From: Paraspadella gotoi | Taxonomy: Eukaryota; Animalia; Chaetognatha | Assembly (NCBI GenBank): GCA_051294375.1 | Contig: CM119269.1 | Coordinates: 2,269,601-2,333,600, forward strand | Length of the DNA stretch: 64,000 bases | Direction of reading: 5' to 3' | Shown here: positions 24,196 through 57,959 of the stretch, in pieces | Numbering within the stretch: the first letter of the stretch is position 1 | Layout: each line of letters begins with the position of its first letter | The notes under the pieces: model-generated | What the model saw: the letters and a program-made list of their open reading frames with translations, nothing else | Told to the model about the DNA's origin: nothing | Databases searched by the model: none | Position numbers and translations under genes: made by a program

Positions 24196-26154
24196 TGTAA
24201 CTACTACATTTTAAAATAAAAGTATTAGTTTGAAGTGTTTTTTTAGTTTTATCAAAATTTACATTGTAAACTTATGTGAAGGCAAACTAATTTTGAGAAA
24301 CGCATACTCTACATTCCGACACTGCATGTGCATAAAATTGCACTTTTTTCACCCGAAAGTCGCATCGAAAAATTCCGAAAAAAATATAATTAATTCAACT
24401 AAAATATTTTCCTCTCGTTTGGTTTGCATATTGATTTACAGTATTGTCACCTTAGTTACAGATTGTAACTAAGTTAAACTTTTCTTTTCTTTGGTCGTAT
24501 AATTAGTGTAGTGTTTGGACGACTATATATATAAGTATATAAGTCACGTTTTCGTGTATCTGCCTTTTTCCCTTTGTACTCGATTTTTTTTCTAAAAAAA
24601 AAAAATCGATGCATAAATTCAACTAACAAATTTAGCAAGATAACAAAAATTGAGTTGCTAACGATTTGGTCTGTGATGTCAATACCAAAACCGAAGTCGT
24701 TATTTCCAACGATTTTATTCCAAAAAAAAAAATCCTCAAGTATAAAAACGGAATTATGCGTTTAAGAACCTTATTTAAAAAAAAAAAATTGATACCCAAA
24801 ACGTCGCCATTGTGGCCGGTGTTCTAACAAAATGTATCGTTGAGCTTAAGCTTTCTTTGTTAACATAATTGTTTATCGTTGATCCCAAGTGTCGCAATGT
24901 TAACGAGTCATTTAACGAGTCATTGGTTTTAACCTTCGACATTTATATTGTCAGACTAACAATTTCATCGTCCAAAACGTGTTTTTGGTCTGCGATAACA
25001 ACAAAATAATAAATTTTAAAGAAAAGAATCATAGATTTTAGCAACATTAAAAACGTGTTTATCGTGGCAAGGTCGTCCGTCGAACCGTATTAATCGATAT
25101 AACTAAAAAAACAAAAAAACAAACAGAATTAACCTCACTATTCCCTATTTTTATGCAGAAATCTTGATGAAGGTATCGTAAACTATTATAAATAAACTTG
25201 ACGAATGATTAAATAAAGAGTTATATATATATTTAGAATTGACTCGTTTATTGAAAACAAATCGTTTAGCATTTTGCCATTTTTATTTATTGGAGTTGGA
25301 GCATTTGTTGTATCTGCATACTGTAATCGAATGGTACCTCGTTATCTATTCCATCCGCAGGCAATAAAAAGGTTAATTACAATTAAAAACGTAAAAGCAC
25401 CGACGTCGGAACAACGGAAATAAAAAAAAAAATAAAAAAAACGACGCATTGAAACAAATCACATCAAAACAAGATCAACGAAAAAAACTGGTCGACTTAA
25501 AAAAGGTAAGTTTGGGTAAAAGTTATAGAATCCCTTCATGAAATGGATTCTAATATCGAAATCACATATGTAAAGTATGTATATACATATGTAGATTGAT
25601 TTTTGATTCGCTTGTCTCGTTGTCGATGGCGCATTGTGGTATCGGACTTTTGGGACATGGTGGGGACTGGGGACTGCGGACTGGGAAGTGGGGACTCCTC
25701 TTAGGAGACGGAGAGCGAATCAATTTGAGATGGCGGCGGAGTTGGAACTGGGACTGAGATGTCAAGGCGAATGTTCAAATCGTTTTGTGGTTGTCGTCGT
25801 CGTCGTCGTCGTCGTCGCAGACTCGAAACGAGTCACTTTCTCTGTCATTGACAGAATGAAAAACGGCGGCTGCGTCTGAATCGGTGATGAGAAATCATTG
25901 TTCACTCTNNNNNNNNNNTCCCTCTTTGGTCTCGAAGCCCAAACCGCTCGTGGGTCCAATAAATCAGCGGATCAAAAAAACATTCCAGTTCTTTTTTTTT
26001 ACTTCCTCTTTTTCCTCCTTCTCCTCCTCTTCCTCTCTTTCATTTCCTTTTTTCTCCGAACATTCCTCGCCCTCCTCATGTTTTTGATACTCCCATTAAA
26101 AGTTTTTTTATTCCCAATTTTATTAATATAAAGTGGGTCCCGAAAAAGAAAGTG

Positions 26155-26231
<77 letters not shown>

Positions 26232-26350
26232 AATTAGATGCGGGGAACATGACCCAAATTAGGTTTGAGGGAAGGCGAAGGTGGATAGAAGAAAAAGAAG
26301 AGAGAGAAAACGAGAGAAAGAAGAGAAAGAGAGACAAAGAGAGAGAGAGA

Positions 26351-26383
<33 letters not shown>

Positions 26384-26794
26384 TGAAGTAGACAGTGGCC
26401 ACAGATAGTGTTGTGGAACCGAGAGAGACTGAAGATATCTTTCTCTAGCTTACTCTCCTCTTCTTCCCCGGTCAACCTCAGTCAGACTTGGATCACGAAT
26501 TCAGTTTGATAGATCCGTCTTGCTTGGACTAATTTCCCTCGGTATTTAACCATTTTCCTACGGCATTTTACACTGGCTTTAAACGAATTATTACTGGATT
26601 TTATGACGGATTATTGATGCATTTCTTTAGAATTACACTTCGATTTACTCTATAAGATTCTCTTACATTGTCTTCGAGATAATACTCCATGATATAGAGT
26701 CAGTGATGCCTTGTCGGTGCGGTATTTAGCCGAGCCTTTCCCTGGACCACTGCATATTGATGGAGCGGCGTAGAGAGACGGAACTTCTCTATCA
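26384..26794 (+). repeat. 5' LTR of BEL/Pao-like element
   Basis: Starts TGAAGTAGACAGTGGCCACAGATAG and ends GAACTTCTCTATCA. It is colinear with 30602-31023 apart from scattered single-base indels. Confidence 0.85.
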
Positions 26795-29700
26795 AGTAGA
26801 AAATGGGATTTTCCATTCGGAAAACAGCATCGCTTCTTCAGGTTGATTCAGTTGATATGAATAACGTCTGAATTGCAGATGGGTCACGGGGCGCCTTTCT
26901 ACAAAAACCGGACGTTAAGCACGGTGAGTCCAATGTGATGTCGGATTGATAAGAATGATTGATTTATTTTGAATTGAATGATTGATCATTCTGATAAATG
27001 GATTGATTTTATTATTTAGAAATTGAATTCGAATTTTTAACATTGATTGGTTTCATTGGATTTGATTGATTTCTATTGAATCACGTCTTTGCAAGAAACA
27101 TTTTCTTCCTCTAAAATTACGAAACAAGATTAAATTTTAAGAATTGAACAGAATAAAAGAAAACGATAACAATGATTATTTCAATGAAATACTAATTGAT
27201 TTATTGAAGTTTAAATTAAAGAGTTACGCTTTTTAATTTATAAACTTTTAATTTTATCAATGATTTGGATTGAATTAAATGGTTTGATTGAATAATTCGA
27301 ATTTAAATTTCTGATTCTTTGATTTTTTTTTGAAATATTTTGAACTTTCCTAAATCCTTTTCATTTTTTTCTTTTCGAGATTCCCTCCAGTGATTTGCAC
27401 GTATTGACAACAAAGGATTGCACGCCTAACGATTAGAAAGGACGCGGTGCAAAACATTGGAAAGTTGATTTAAGCGATACCGGTGAACTGGGCCTTCAAA
27501 AGAAAACCAACCTCGCTTCACGAAACTTTTCAACACCTTCGTGCAAAGCAAAAGATTGCAAAATTGGCGCAAACTCTCTCCCAGATGACACATTCTTCTG
27601 CAAGAGACATTTGGTGAGGCCCAGTCTATTCGGGAGGGACCAACAGCTCCAGAAGAAACGAACGGAAAGTGTGTTGGGAAAGGATGAAAAATGAATTTGG
27701 CTGTCTATTTCCCTCTGTCCAACTCCTCTGACTATTCAGTCACTCTATTCTTTGAAAGATTAGAGCAGATGAATGATGCTTGGACAATATAGTTTGATGA
27801 ACTGAAAGACTGAAAGTTTGGCCAATTGAAAGGAAACCAGGATAAATGATGTAGTGATCAAAAGAGCTGTTCTCTGAGGCTTAATCTGAAAAAAAAGAAA
27901 ATTAATGAAAACTGAAATTAAGCAACTCAGATGAAGAACTCGATCTACAAAAGAAGAACTCGAAAATGAAGAAAGAAAAATTCGGAACTCTTCTCTCTGC
28001 ACCATTCTAAGTGGTGGCGGCGACGAATTAACATCTGAACCACCAATGACCTAATTGCTATTTCTTTCGCCCAAGAAACCCTCAAGTGGTGGGGGTACAG
28101 TTTGTGAATGTTGAAACCCCAGATTCATGGCACTGGGTCGTCTCCACCGAAAAAGAAAAAGGACAATCCTCTTGAAACTGAAAATTCAGGTATGGGTAAG
28201 AAAAAGCATGGTTGCTATCAATTGCAAAGAAAAAACATTATATAGAGAGTTGCATAGCTTTCAAGAAAGTTGATGTCCAAATCAAGAGCATAATGTTGCA
28301 TACAAAGGAAAGGATTGTGTTTAAATGTGTCCAGAAAAGGGCATCTGCAAAAGATTGTCATTCACAACGAAATATGCAAAGCAATGCGGACAAAACATCA
28401 TACCATCTGTCAATGATGTATTTAAGAACATAAACAAGAGAACAAGAAAACGGAAGAAGTGCCATCAAGTGGGGGCTATGGAGTGTGATAGGAAGGAAGA
28501 TAGGGAAATAGTACTTGTGATACGGGTTTCCGATAAGGGACGGATTATAGTTTTATGTGATGTGTGTTTTTTGGACCTTTGGATGAGCTTTCTTAATTGG
28601 GGGTGAATGTCCAATTAACACAAAACACGAATTAGAAAGAAATAAGAAATTTTGATGAGAGGCTCACAATGTAAAGTCATTTCACTAGCAAGAGAAATTT
28701 GTTAGGAACAATTGCCATCTCATACTAGGGGAAGTTGATTGTTCAACTGGTCGACATAACCTAGCCTATTCAACAGACGACTAATGATCAGCGAGCTCAG
28801 GAGGCGGCCGCCCGGTAACGCAGCCATTCTTGGAGGCGGCCGGCGCACGCAGCGATTTCCGCAAATAATCGTTCATAGATTCATAAAAAAGTTAAAAAAA
28901 AAACTAGACTATTGTAAACGAAAAGATTTATTTTTAAGAAGACTCAAATATTGGCCTCATCACTCGTTTAAGAGCAGGAGCGAGCGTTGATTCTTTCTGC
29001 AATCTCTTAGAGGAGGCATGAATCGACGCCAACGCAGCCAAAATTCCCAACTAACCGCCGACGCCAGGGCAATCAGGAGGCGACGCCGGCACGCAGAGCC
29101 TATTTCAGGAGCGGACTACGGCGCAACGCAGCGAATCTGCAGGCGACCGTGTCAAATAATGCTTCAGCAGCCAGAATGGGAACCTTTGCTACGGCGATGC
29201 AATCAATTTTTGGGGTTGCAGCCGTATGAATGAGAGTTCATTTTTGGACATGGCCGGCTTAAATGTCGAATTATTAATATATTGTATGACTAATTGAAGG
29301 TGATGATTAAATTGTGTTTAATTCTATTTCACATAAAATATCTATTTTATTTAATGAAACGCTTGATCTATTGGCCGTAGATTAGGTTGCTTCTAAGTAT
29401 CCATAATTAGTATAAATTAATATAAACAATAAAATAAGAATATTTATATTTTAAAACAAATATTGACTGTTTACAGCTTCAGATTTGAAATTTATTTTAC
29501 TGACATTATCTTCAATGCCATGGCATGGAGACTTTATTTGATAACTCTTCTGTGATGAAACCTTGATGGTTCTTAATGAATTTTGATCCCTTTCGAAACC
29601 CCTTTGAATTATGAAACATGAAACAATTCCTTCATTCTTGAGCAATGAAATTTAATGGATTTTCATCAATATCGTCTGATTGGATTCTTAAATTGAATCT

Positions 29701-30601
29701 GAATAACTTTGGACACAGAAGAGGTCATCCACTCTGAAAAGAATGAACAGTAACACCAACCTGACATTGATATTACGAGACTGGATGGATTGAATTTTGC
29801 TTTGTGCTGACGTCTTCAGAGGTAAGATGTATGAGGCCAAAATGATGATGAATTGAATGTAGGCGAACTTAACTCTAAAAGAGATTTGATTAAATCGTGT
29901 CAAATGAAATAAGGATTAAAGAATTAAAATTGAACATAAAGAAATTAAAATTTTTTATAACTTTGATAATTTTTTGCGTCTTTACCTCCCCTTGCTTTTT
30001 GCTGAGTAATGATCAGCGAAATGGAACGAAAGAATCTAAACAAAAAACGGACAACAGCCAAACGCCCAGCGGGCGTTGGCAAGAATTAATCAGGGGAGTC
30101 ATATTCGAATTTGAATGTTTGAATGACATTGTTAATATTTGTTTTGAATGAGAATGAATGAATGAAACAATATTTAGAAAACAGACTGCTCTTCGTTTCC
30201 CTCTAATCCTTTCTTTTAAGAAACGAATCTGAGTGATGAGCGAACTCTGAGAGAAGACAGCAGCCGGTGCATGATGGTGGTTCAGAACAACAACTCGCCG
30301 GGGCCGTCAGGAGGAACCTTCAGAAACTGGAACAAAAGGAATGGCCACGAATGGACGCCCGAATGTGGAATCATAGCAGGTTCAAAATGAAACAAAGAAG
30401 CAGAATTGAAAATGGGAAAATGGCCTTTTTTAGTTTTTTTCACCAGAATCATGGTTGTTTTTTAGTTTTTTGGTCATCTTTAACTAGTCATTAGATGTTG
30501 AATTTTAGAACCGAGGGAAACTAGATTGATTGAGAACCCGTTTGATTGAGCCACTGGTCGGTGGTGGGCTTTGTGGTCACTTGAAAAGTGGAGGTGGGGG
30601 G

Positions 30602-31019
30602 TGAAAGTAAAGAACCAGTGGCCACAGATAGTTTTGTGGACCGAGAGAGACTGAGATATCTTTTCTCTAGCTCTCTCCTCTTCTTCCCGGGTCAACCTCA
30701 GTCCAGAACTTTTGGATCACGAATTCAGATTTTGATAGATTCCGCTTGCTTGGACTAATTTCCCTCGGTATTATTAAACCATTTTCCTACGGCATTTTAC
30801 AATCACTGGCTTTAACGAATTATCTACTGATTTTATGACGGATTTTGATAGCATTTCTTTAGAATTACACTTCGATTTACTCAATGATTTCTCTTACATT
30901 GTTCGAGATTTATACTCATGATAATAAGAGTAGTGGATGCCTTGTCGGTTGCGGTATTTAGCCGAGCCTTTCTGGACCAACTGATATACTTGGAGCGCGT
31001 AGAGCAGACGAAACTTCTC

Positions 31020-31023
<4 letters not shown>
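30602..31023 (+). repeat. 3' LTR of BEL/Pao-like element
   Basis: Starts TGAAAGTAAAGAACCAGTGGCCACAGATAG just after the PPT, ends AAACTTCTCTACA, and is followed by (GA)n. Confidence 0.85.
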
Positions 31024-31058
<35 letters not shown>

Positions 31059-31083
31059 TTAACCCTTTGACTTTGTTTTTCAG

Positions 31084-31243
31084 ACATGGCACCCTTCGCC
31101 CCCTCTTCCACCCCAAGAATCAAAAATCACCGAGGACACGAAACCAGAAAGCGTCGGGTCTCGACCACAACTTTACAATGAATCTTTTCGTGTCCTCGCT
31201 CTCTGTCCAACGAACTCTCTTCATTCTCTCTCCTCCCGACGAA
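31084..31243 (+). other. Possible 5' UTR exon of sif
   Basis: A complex-sequence island between microsatellites, bounded by TTGTTTTTCAG| and |GTAAGA, ~500 bp upstream of the sif ATG exon. Confidence 0.35.
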
Positions 31244-31390
31244 GTAAGAAACGAAAAGGAGAACAAAGAAAAGAAGGAAAGTAGCGAAAAATTTGAGATA
31301 AGAAAAGTAAAAGGTAAAGAGAACGAAGGAACGAACACGGGACCCGAGGAACGAATGAGAAGCGAACGAGAAACAAAGAAAGGGGAGAGC

Positions 31391-31424
<34 letters not shown>

Positions 31425-31759
31425 NNNNNNNNNNNNNNNNNNNNNNNNNNNNNNNNNNNNNNNNNNNNNNNNNNNNNNNNNNNNNNNNNNNNNNNNNNNN
31501 NNNNNNNNNNNNNNNNNNNNNNNNNNNNNNNNNNNNNNNNNNNNNNNNNNNNNNNNNNNNNNNNNNNNNNNNNNNNNNNNNNNNNNNNNNNNNNNNNNNN
31601 NNNNNNNNNNNNNNNNNNNNNNAAACAAAACATAATCGTCAAAATCTGAAACGGAATACTACATTAAAAACGCCAGCGCTAAAATAGCAATTGTAGTAAA
31701 TTTAAAGCAGCAACCAGCAAAAAACCACGAAGTGATATAAATTAAACGAAAAAAAAAAA

Positions 31760-52955
<21,196 letters not shown>

Positions 52956-53224
52956 GTGAGGATTAGAGCGGTGGAGAGGGGTGAGGGGGTAGCGGGGGTG
53001 GAAGGGAGCGAAGAGAAAAGGAAAGAGTGGGCACTGGGTAGTAGAGTGATGTGAAAATGATAAAATTTTTCAAAATTAAAATTTAGCATATAAAACATGA
53101 AAATAAAAAATAATAAAATTTCTTTGGTAAATTTATTTTTTAATTTTATACATTAGTGGGCACCAGTAAGCTATATAGTAATAAGTATATAATAGGCTAA
53201 AATTTCAAAATGCAAATTTTTAAA

Positions 53225-53480
53225 TTTTAAGATCAGATTTGGATTCCTTGCAAAAAGTTAATATAAGAAAAGAAAATATAATTCTTTTTAAAAAAATCTA
53301 TCATTAAGTTGGTCAAAAATGTAAAAAACTATATTGAAGATGCCGATTTTCAATTTCCGGTTTAAAAATATATTTTTTTTTATAATTTTAACCTACTTAA
53401 TGACTTAATTTTTGAAAAATATTTATATTTTCTTTTATCAACTTTTAATGAGGAATCTGAATCTGTTCTCAAAATAAAAT
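53225..53480. repeat. AT-rich palindromic dispersed repeat (MITE-like), also at ~11820-12060 and ~63900-64000
   Basis: TTTTAAGATCAGATTTGGATTCCTTGCAAAAAGTT ... ACTTTTAATGAGGAATCTGAATCTGTTCTCAAAA are imperfect inverted arms. Matching motifs occur at 11823 (TTTTAAGAACAGATTTAGATTC), 12025 (AACTTTTTATGAAGAATCTGAATC) and 63963 (AACTTTTTGCAGGAATCCAAATCTGA). Confidence 0.55.
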
Positions 53481-56400
53481 AAAAAACATATTGGATATTT
53501 TGACATTATATAAGAGTAGTACTATATACAAAATAAGCTGACTGGGCTACTATATTTGTAAAAAAAAAACTACAGATTAGTATTCACTAGTATGATTGTT
53601 TTCAATATAACTGCTAAATTTTGATTTCAAACTTTCACTTCACCCTACTGGGTAGGTGATAGCGAATAAGGTTGCACTCGTAACGGTCGTAACGAAATTG
53701 TACGAAAGAGAGACTTACTCGTCCAGTACATGCCGGCGCACGCAATAAAATCCTACGTGCGCATTTACGGGCGCGCGCATGTATGAACGCAGGGGACTGG
53801 AGAAATTCGCGGCATTGCAATAATGGTATTGCCCCTTCGAGTCGGTGAAAGAGCGATTTGGCCCTAATATTTTCAAGGTTGATGGGTTCAGCGTTCGAAT
53901 CGGGTAAGGGCGGCGAAGGGTAAAAAAGGTAAGTGTCGAAAGGGGAGACGGATATGATGAGAAGGTGAGGTAAAGCGGAAGAATATTTCTGGAGGTTTGT
54001 TTATTATTAAAGAACAAGGCGGGGAGAGTAGACTCTACTCGAGGGTTGAAAGTTTGAAACGGAGTATTTGATTTGAATTTGAAAGAGATAGAAGCTTCGG
54101 TGAAGGGAGGACATGACGAATGAGAGAAGACGAATGGAAAAATGATATTTGCCTTTTATTTCGAATTATTTCTGATTGGTTTATTATAAAGAATAACGGA
54201 AACCAAGACGAGATCTGATCTCAAAACAAAGAAATATAAAATTGGAAAGTTGCACTCCGCCATCGTGATAGAGTGAAAAAAAGAAAGCAGGGTGTTAAAG
54301 ACCTCTCTCTCTCTCTCTCTCAAAGAGAGCAAGGCGCTCCTCAGGTAGAATTTCGCTTACGCAGCATTGAATGTATCCAAAATGAATGAGGACAAGATGA
54401 GAAAATTAAAAGGGCGGGGATTGAGCTACGGTGAATGCGTCGAGATACAGCTGGAGGAGCAGTGAAATTTTCCGCGCGATGGACGACTGGGTCGTCAATT
54501 ACCAGAGGTTAGCCCGATATCGAGTAAGGCAACCCGAAAGATTCGGAACTGGTAGTTGGTTAAGAAAGAAACGAAGAAAGGAGTTCGCAGTGAGGATACA
54601 TTTTGGGAGAGTGGTCGGTCGAAAGAAAAAGAATCGTAATCCTTTGAAGGTTTTTACTGGTCGGGGGGGGTCTTGGGTTTCCGGTTTACCTTCTCTGTCA
54701 TATTCTTTTACCGTGTTTATCAGAACAACTGGAGTAATAAAACTAACAATGAAGGGGGAAAAATAAATAAAATTCCTTTTACATATTACTTAAATTACAC
54801 ATAGTTTTTGATATAAACTCTAATCACAAATACTAACTCTTTGGTATTTATTTAACTAAGGAATCTTCCATAACTCTTATTTTTCTTTTAAAAAATTTTT
54901 TTTCCCCGAAATTTAAAAAAAAGAAAAAAAAAAAAAAATTGTAACAACTAAAGACAGATGGTCGGGGGAGGTTAATACCCTAAGTACAACACATAATTGT
55001 CCCCCCGCTACCGCCCGTACCGCATTACAACTATCACCAAACTTCCACTTCTTTTTGTTTCACACACCGTTCAGAGCAACTAATAGATTATTTCCACACT
55101 CAACACCAGATGGAGCAGAGAATGGTTGTTGGGGCTTTTAAAGTCACTTAGGCCATACCACATTTCAACATATTCTATTATATTTTGCCGTCCTTCTGGT
55201 GTTTAGCTTGNNNNNNNNNNNNNNNNNNNNNNNNNTTTGATTGTTGGCGCTTGAAGCAGATTTTGGAGGAGTGGGAGAGGACCAGTCGGAAGGCCCAAAT
55301 ATCACGACTCTCTTCTTTCATCTCTTATCAGGGTTATCGCGGAAACTCACGCACGTATATTCAGTTTAGCGTTGATTGGTCTGTAAGGGCAGATGGTTGT
55401 GCGGGAGCGGAACTTGTCGAGATGGTGGATGAGTTGTGAAGGGGAGAAGAATATGAGTCGGTGGGGAGGTGAAGGGGGAGAAAGAAATGTAGTCGTGGGG
55501 ATCGAAAGGCAAAGGAAAAGTTAAGAGAAGATGGCGAGATAGAGGTTTTTATTTGTAAATTAATTTAAGGCCTTTAAACATGGGCATAACAAAATTCTCG
55601 TGGAAGACCTCCGTGACTTTTGAAATAAAGAAGAATTAAAAAAGGTAAAAAAGTGCTATTTTTTTTCAGAATTTTGTATCATTTACTGAAATGACTTAAC
55701 AGAACCCATGTTCCACAAAGTAATCTAAAAAAAAAACTTAAAAAAATTTTTTCACCACGAGTTTCAGCTAGCAGAAAAAAACGAGCGACACCGTCGATAA
55801 TATAATTATTTAATTATATCGGGATTAATTTAATTATATAATTGTTTTTTTCACTAATTTCTCGCTTGTTAGCGACGAGAAATTACTCGGGCCGATCGGT
55901 CAACGAAGGCTTGGCGCCGGCGGCGCCCGAGCGACGTCGAGTCGTCGGCCGGCGCCCGTTCGAGGCGCGCTGATAGTTTTTTTTAATTTTTTATTTCTCT
56001 CTGTGACTAATTGATATTCATAAAGTCGTCTGTGTGTGTGTTTATGGACGAAAACAATAGGAAAAAGGTTGAGAAGGCGAAAGAAGTGGCAGACATTTAT
56101 ATGACGACGATAGAAACGACAGATGATATATGTATGATAATGATGACGATGACAATGATGACAATGATGACGATATAAAATGAGAATGTTTACTCTATCA
56201 CTTTCAAAGACGTTGCGAGGCTACAAAAAGATCAAAGCAAACAGAAAAGAAACCAAAAGGAAACTAAAGAAAAGACGACGACCAATGACGATCACCTCGA
56301 CCAATGACGATCAATTACATTACCGTCGACCAAATGACGACCAATGACAACGACGACAATCGTCAACAAACGCCGACGACGACGACGGCTGCCAAAATAC

Positions 56401-57920
56401 CTGACGGTTGGGCAAAGAGACTCTAATCGTTTTGTTGGTGTTTTCCATCCCTGGAGGCTGCTCGTCCAAAAAGTTACGATGGTCGCTCCGCCCGCTCCAA
56501 CAAACGCAGCTCTGTGTTTGGGGGTAGGGTGAGGGGAGATGGGAGGGAGATGGGAAGGAGAGGAGAGGAGAATAGGAGGGAGAGAAAGGAAGGTGGAAGG
56601 AGAGAGAGGAAGATTAGAGGGAGATGGGAAGGAAAGAGAGGGAGATGGGAGGGAGACAAGAGACTAGGTGGAGGAAGAGAGAGGAGAGGTGGAAAGGAGG
56701 GAGAGAGAGGGAGGTGGGAAGGGAGAGCGGGGGAGATGGGGAAGGAGAGAGACGGAGATTTGGTAAGGGAGGAGGGAGGGAGATGGGAAGTAGAGAGACT
56801 GGAAGATTTTAGAAGGAGACGGAAAGGAGAGAGAGGGAGATGGGAGGAGACCAGAGGGAGAATGGGTTTAGGGAGAGGATCAAGAGGTAGGTTGGGATGG
56901 AAGAGAGAGGTTAAAGATGGGAAGGAGGGAGAGAGAGGGGACATTGGAGGTAGAGAGAGGGAGATTTAAGGAAAGGAAAAAATGAACGGAAGGTAAGACG
57001 GTTAGGAAAGATTAAATGACTAAAAACCTAGTCAATGCAGGGATAGACTTTATAAAGATTCAGGGAGGGTTTTAAGGGTGAGGGATAAACTAAGTCTAGA
57101 AATAAGTGTATAGTGATGAGCAGGAGATGTAAATTATGGTGAGATGGACATAGATGATCCAGAGGAGGGAGAGAAGTAAAAGAAGGTTGAACGAGTGAAT
57201 ATAGCGTGGGAGAGAGGAGAGAGGAGAAAGTAGGAAGAGAGAAGGGATGAGTGATGGACAATTGTATATTGTGAGTGGAAGAGAGTGAGGTGGATTGTAG
57301 GGTAAGGATAGAGGAGAGGGAGATGGCATGATAGTAAAGTGAATAGAGAAGGATAAATGGGATGTGGAAGGAGAGAGCAGCGGATGTGGGAAGGAGAGAG
57401 AGGGAGATCGGAAGCGCGAAAAGGACAGAGGTGGCGAGAAGAGAGAGGATGGTGGAGTAAAGATTAAGTAGCGAGGAACGAAGAGAGAAAGAGAGTAAAG
57501 AGTGTGTAGAAAAAAGTAACCGAGTGAGAGATGATTGGTCAGAGTTGCTAGAGGCAAGAATTTGGGAGGACGAAGAGAGGAGGAGGAAGAGGAAGAGGAA
57601 ATGAGGTGGTTTTGTAATTAAAAATAGGAATATAAACGTCCTTCGTTTTCTAAAAAAATGAGAAGATCTGAGGGAGCGGTTTCGTGGCGAAATTTTTGAA
57701 TGTGATGAGTGGGTGAGGAGAGAAGAGATTGAGAGTGTGATGGGACGGGAGAGAAGGGCCTTACTGAGCAGAGAGATATTGAGAGAGAGATACTGAAGAG
57801 AGAGGGGAGAGAAATGGCTAATAGGAAAAAAACCAAAGGCAAACATGTTATGCGCCCGTTAGCTATTTTAATGGTCTCGCCACGCATCCACAAACTCCAG
57901 CCTCTCTCTCATCTCTCTAT

Positions 57921-57959
<39 letters not shown>

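Larger units (their letters stand above)
26384..31023 (+). mobile_element. BEL/Pao-type LTR retrotransposon, ~4.6 kb, with gag and protease remnants; sequence is frameshift-ridden
   Basis: ~410 bp direct repeats at 26384-26794 and 30602-31023, both TG...CA. A polypurine tract GAAAAGTGGAGGTGGGGGG directly precedes the 3' LTR, and both flanks are (GA)n. The internal region has BEL-type Gag Cys/His knuckles (~28230-28420: HYIESCIAF..FKCVQKGH..KDC..C..CG..HHTIC, read across frameshifts) and an aspartic-protease-like DTGSD-type motif near 28515-28535. Confidence 0.8.

Noticed and set aside
25562-25900. GC-rich segment with short ORFs on both strands
   Set aside because: No recognisable domain or convincing splice partners. 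It may be UTR or promoter sequence, but I cannot assign it.
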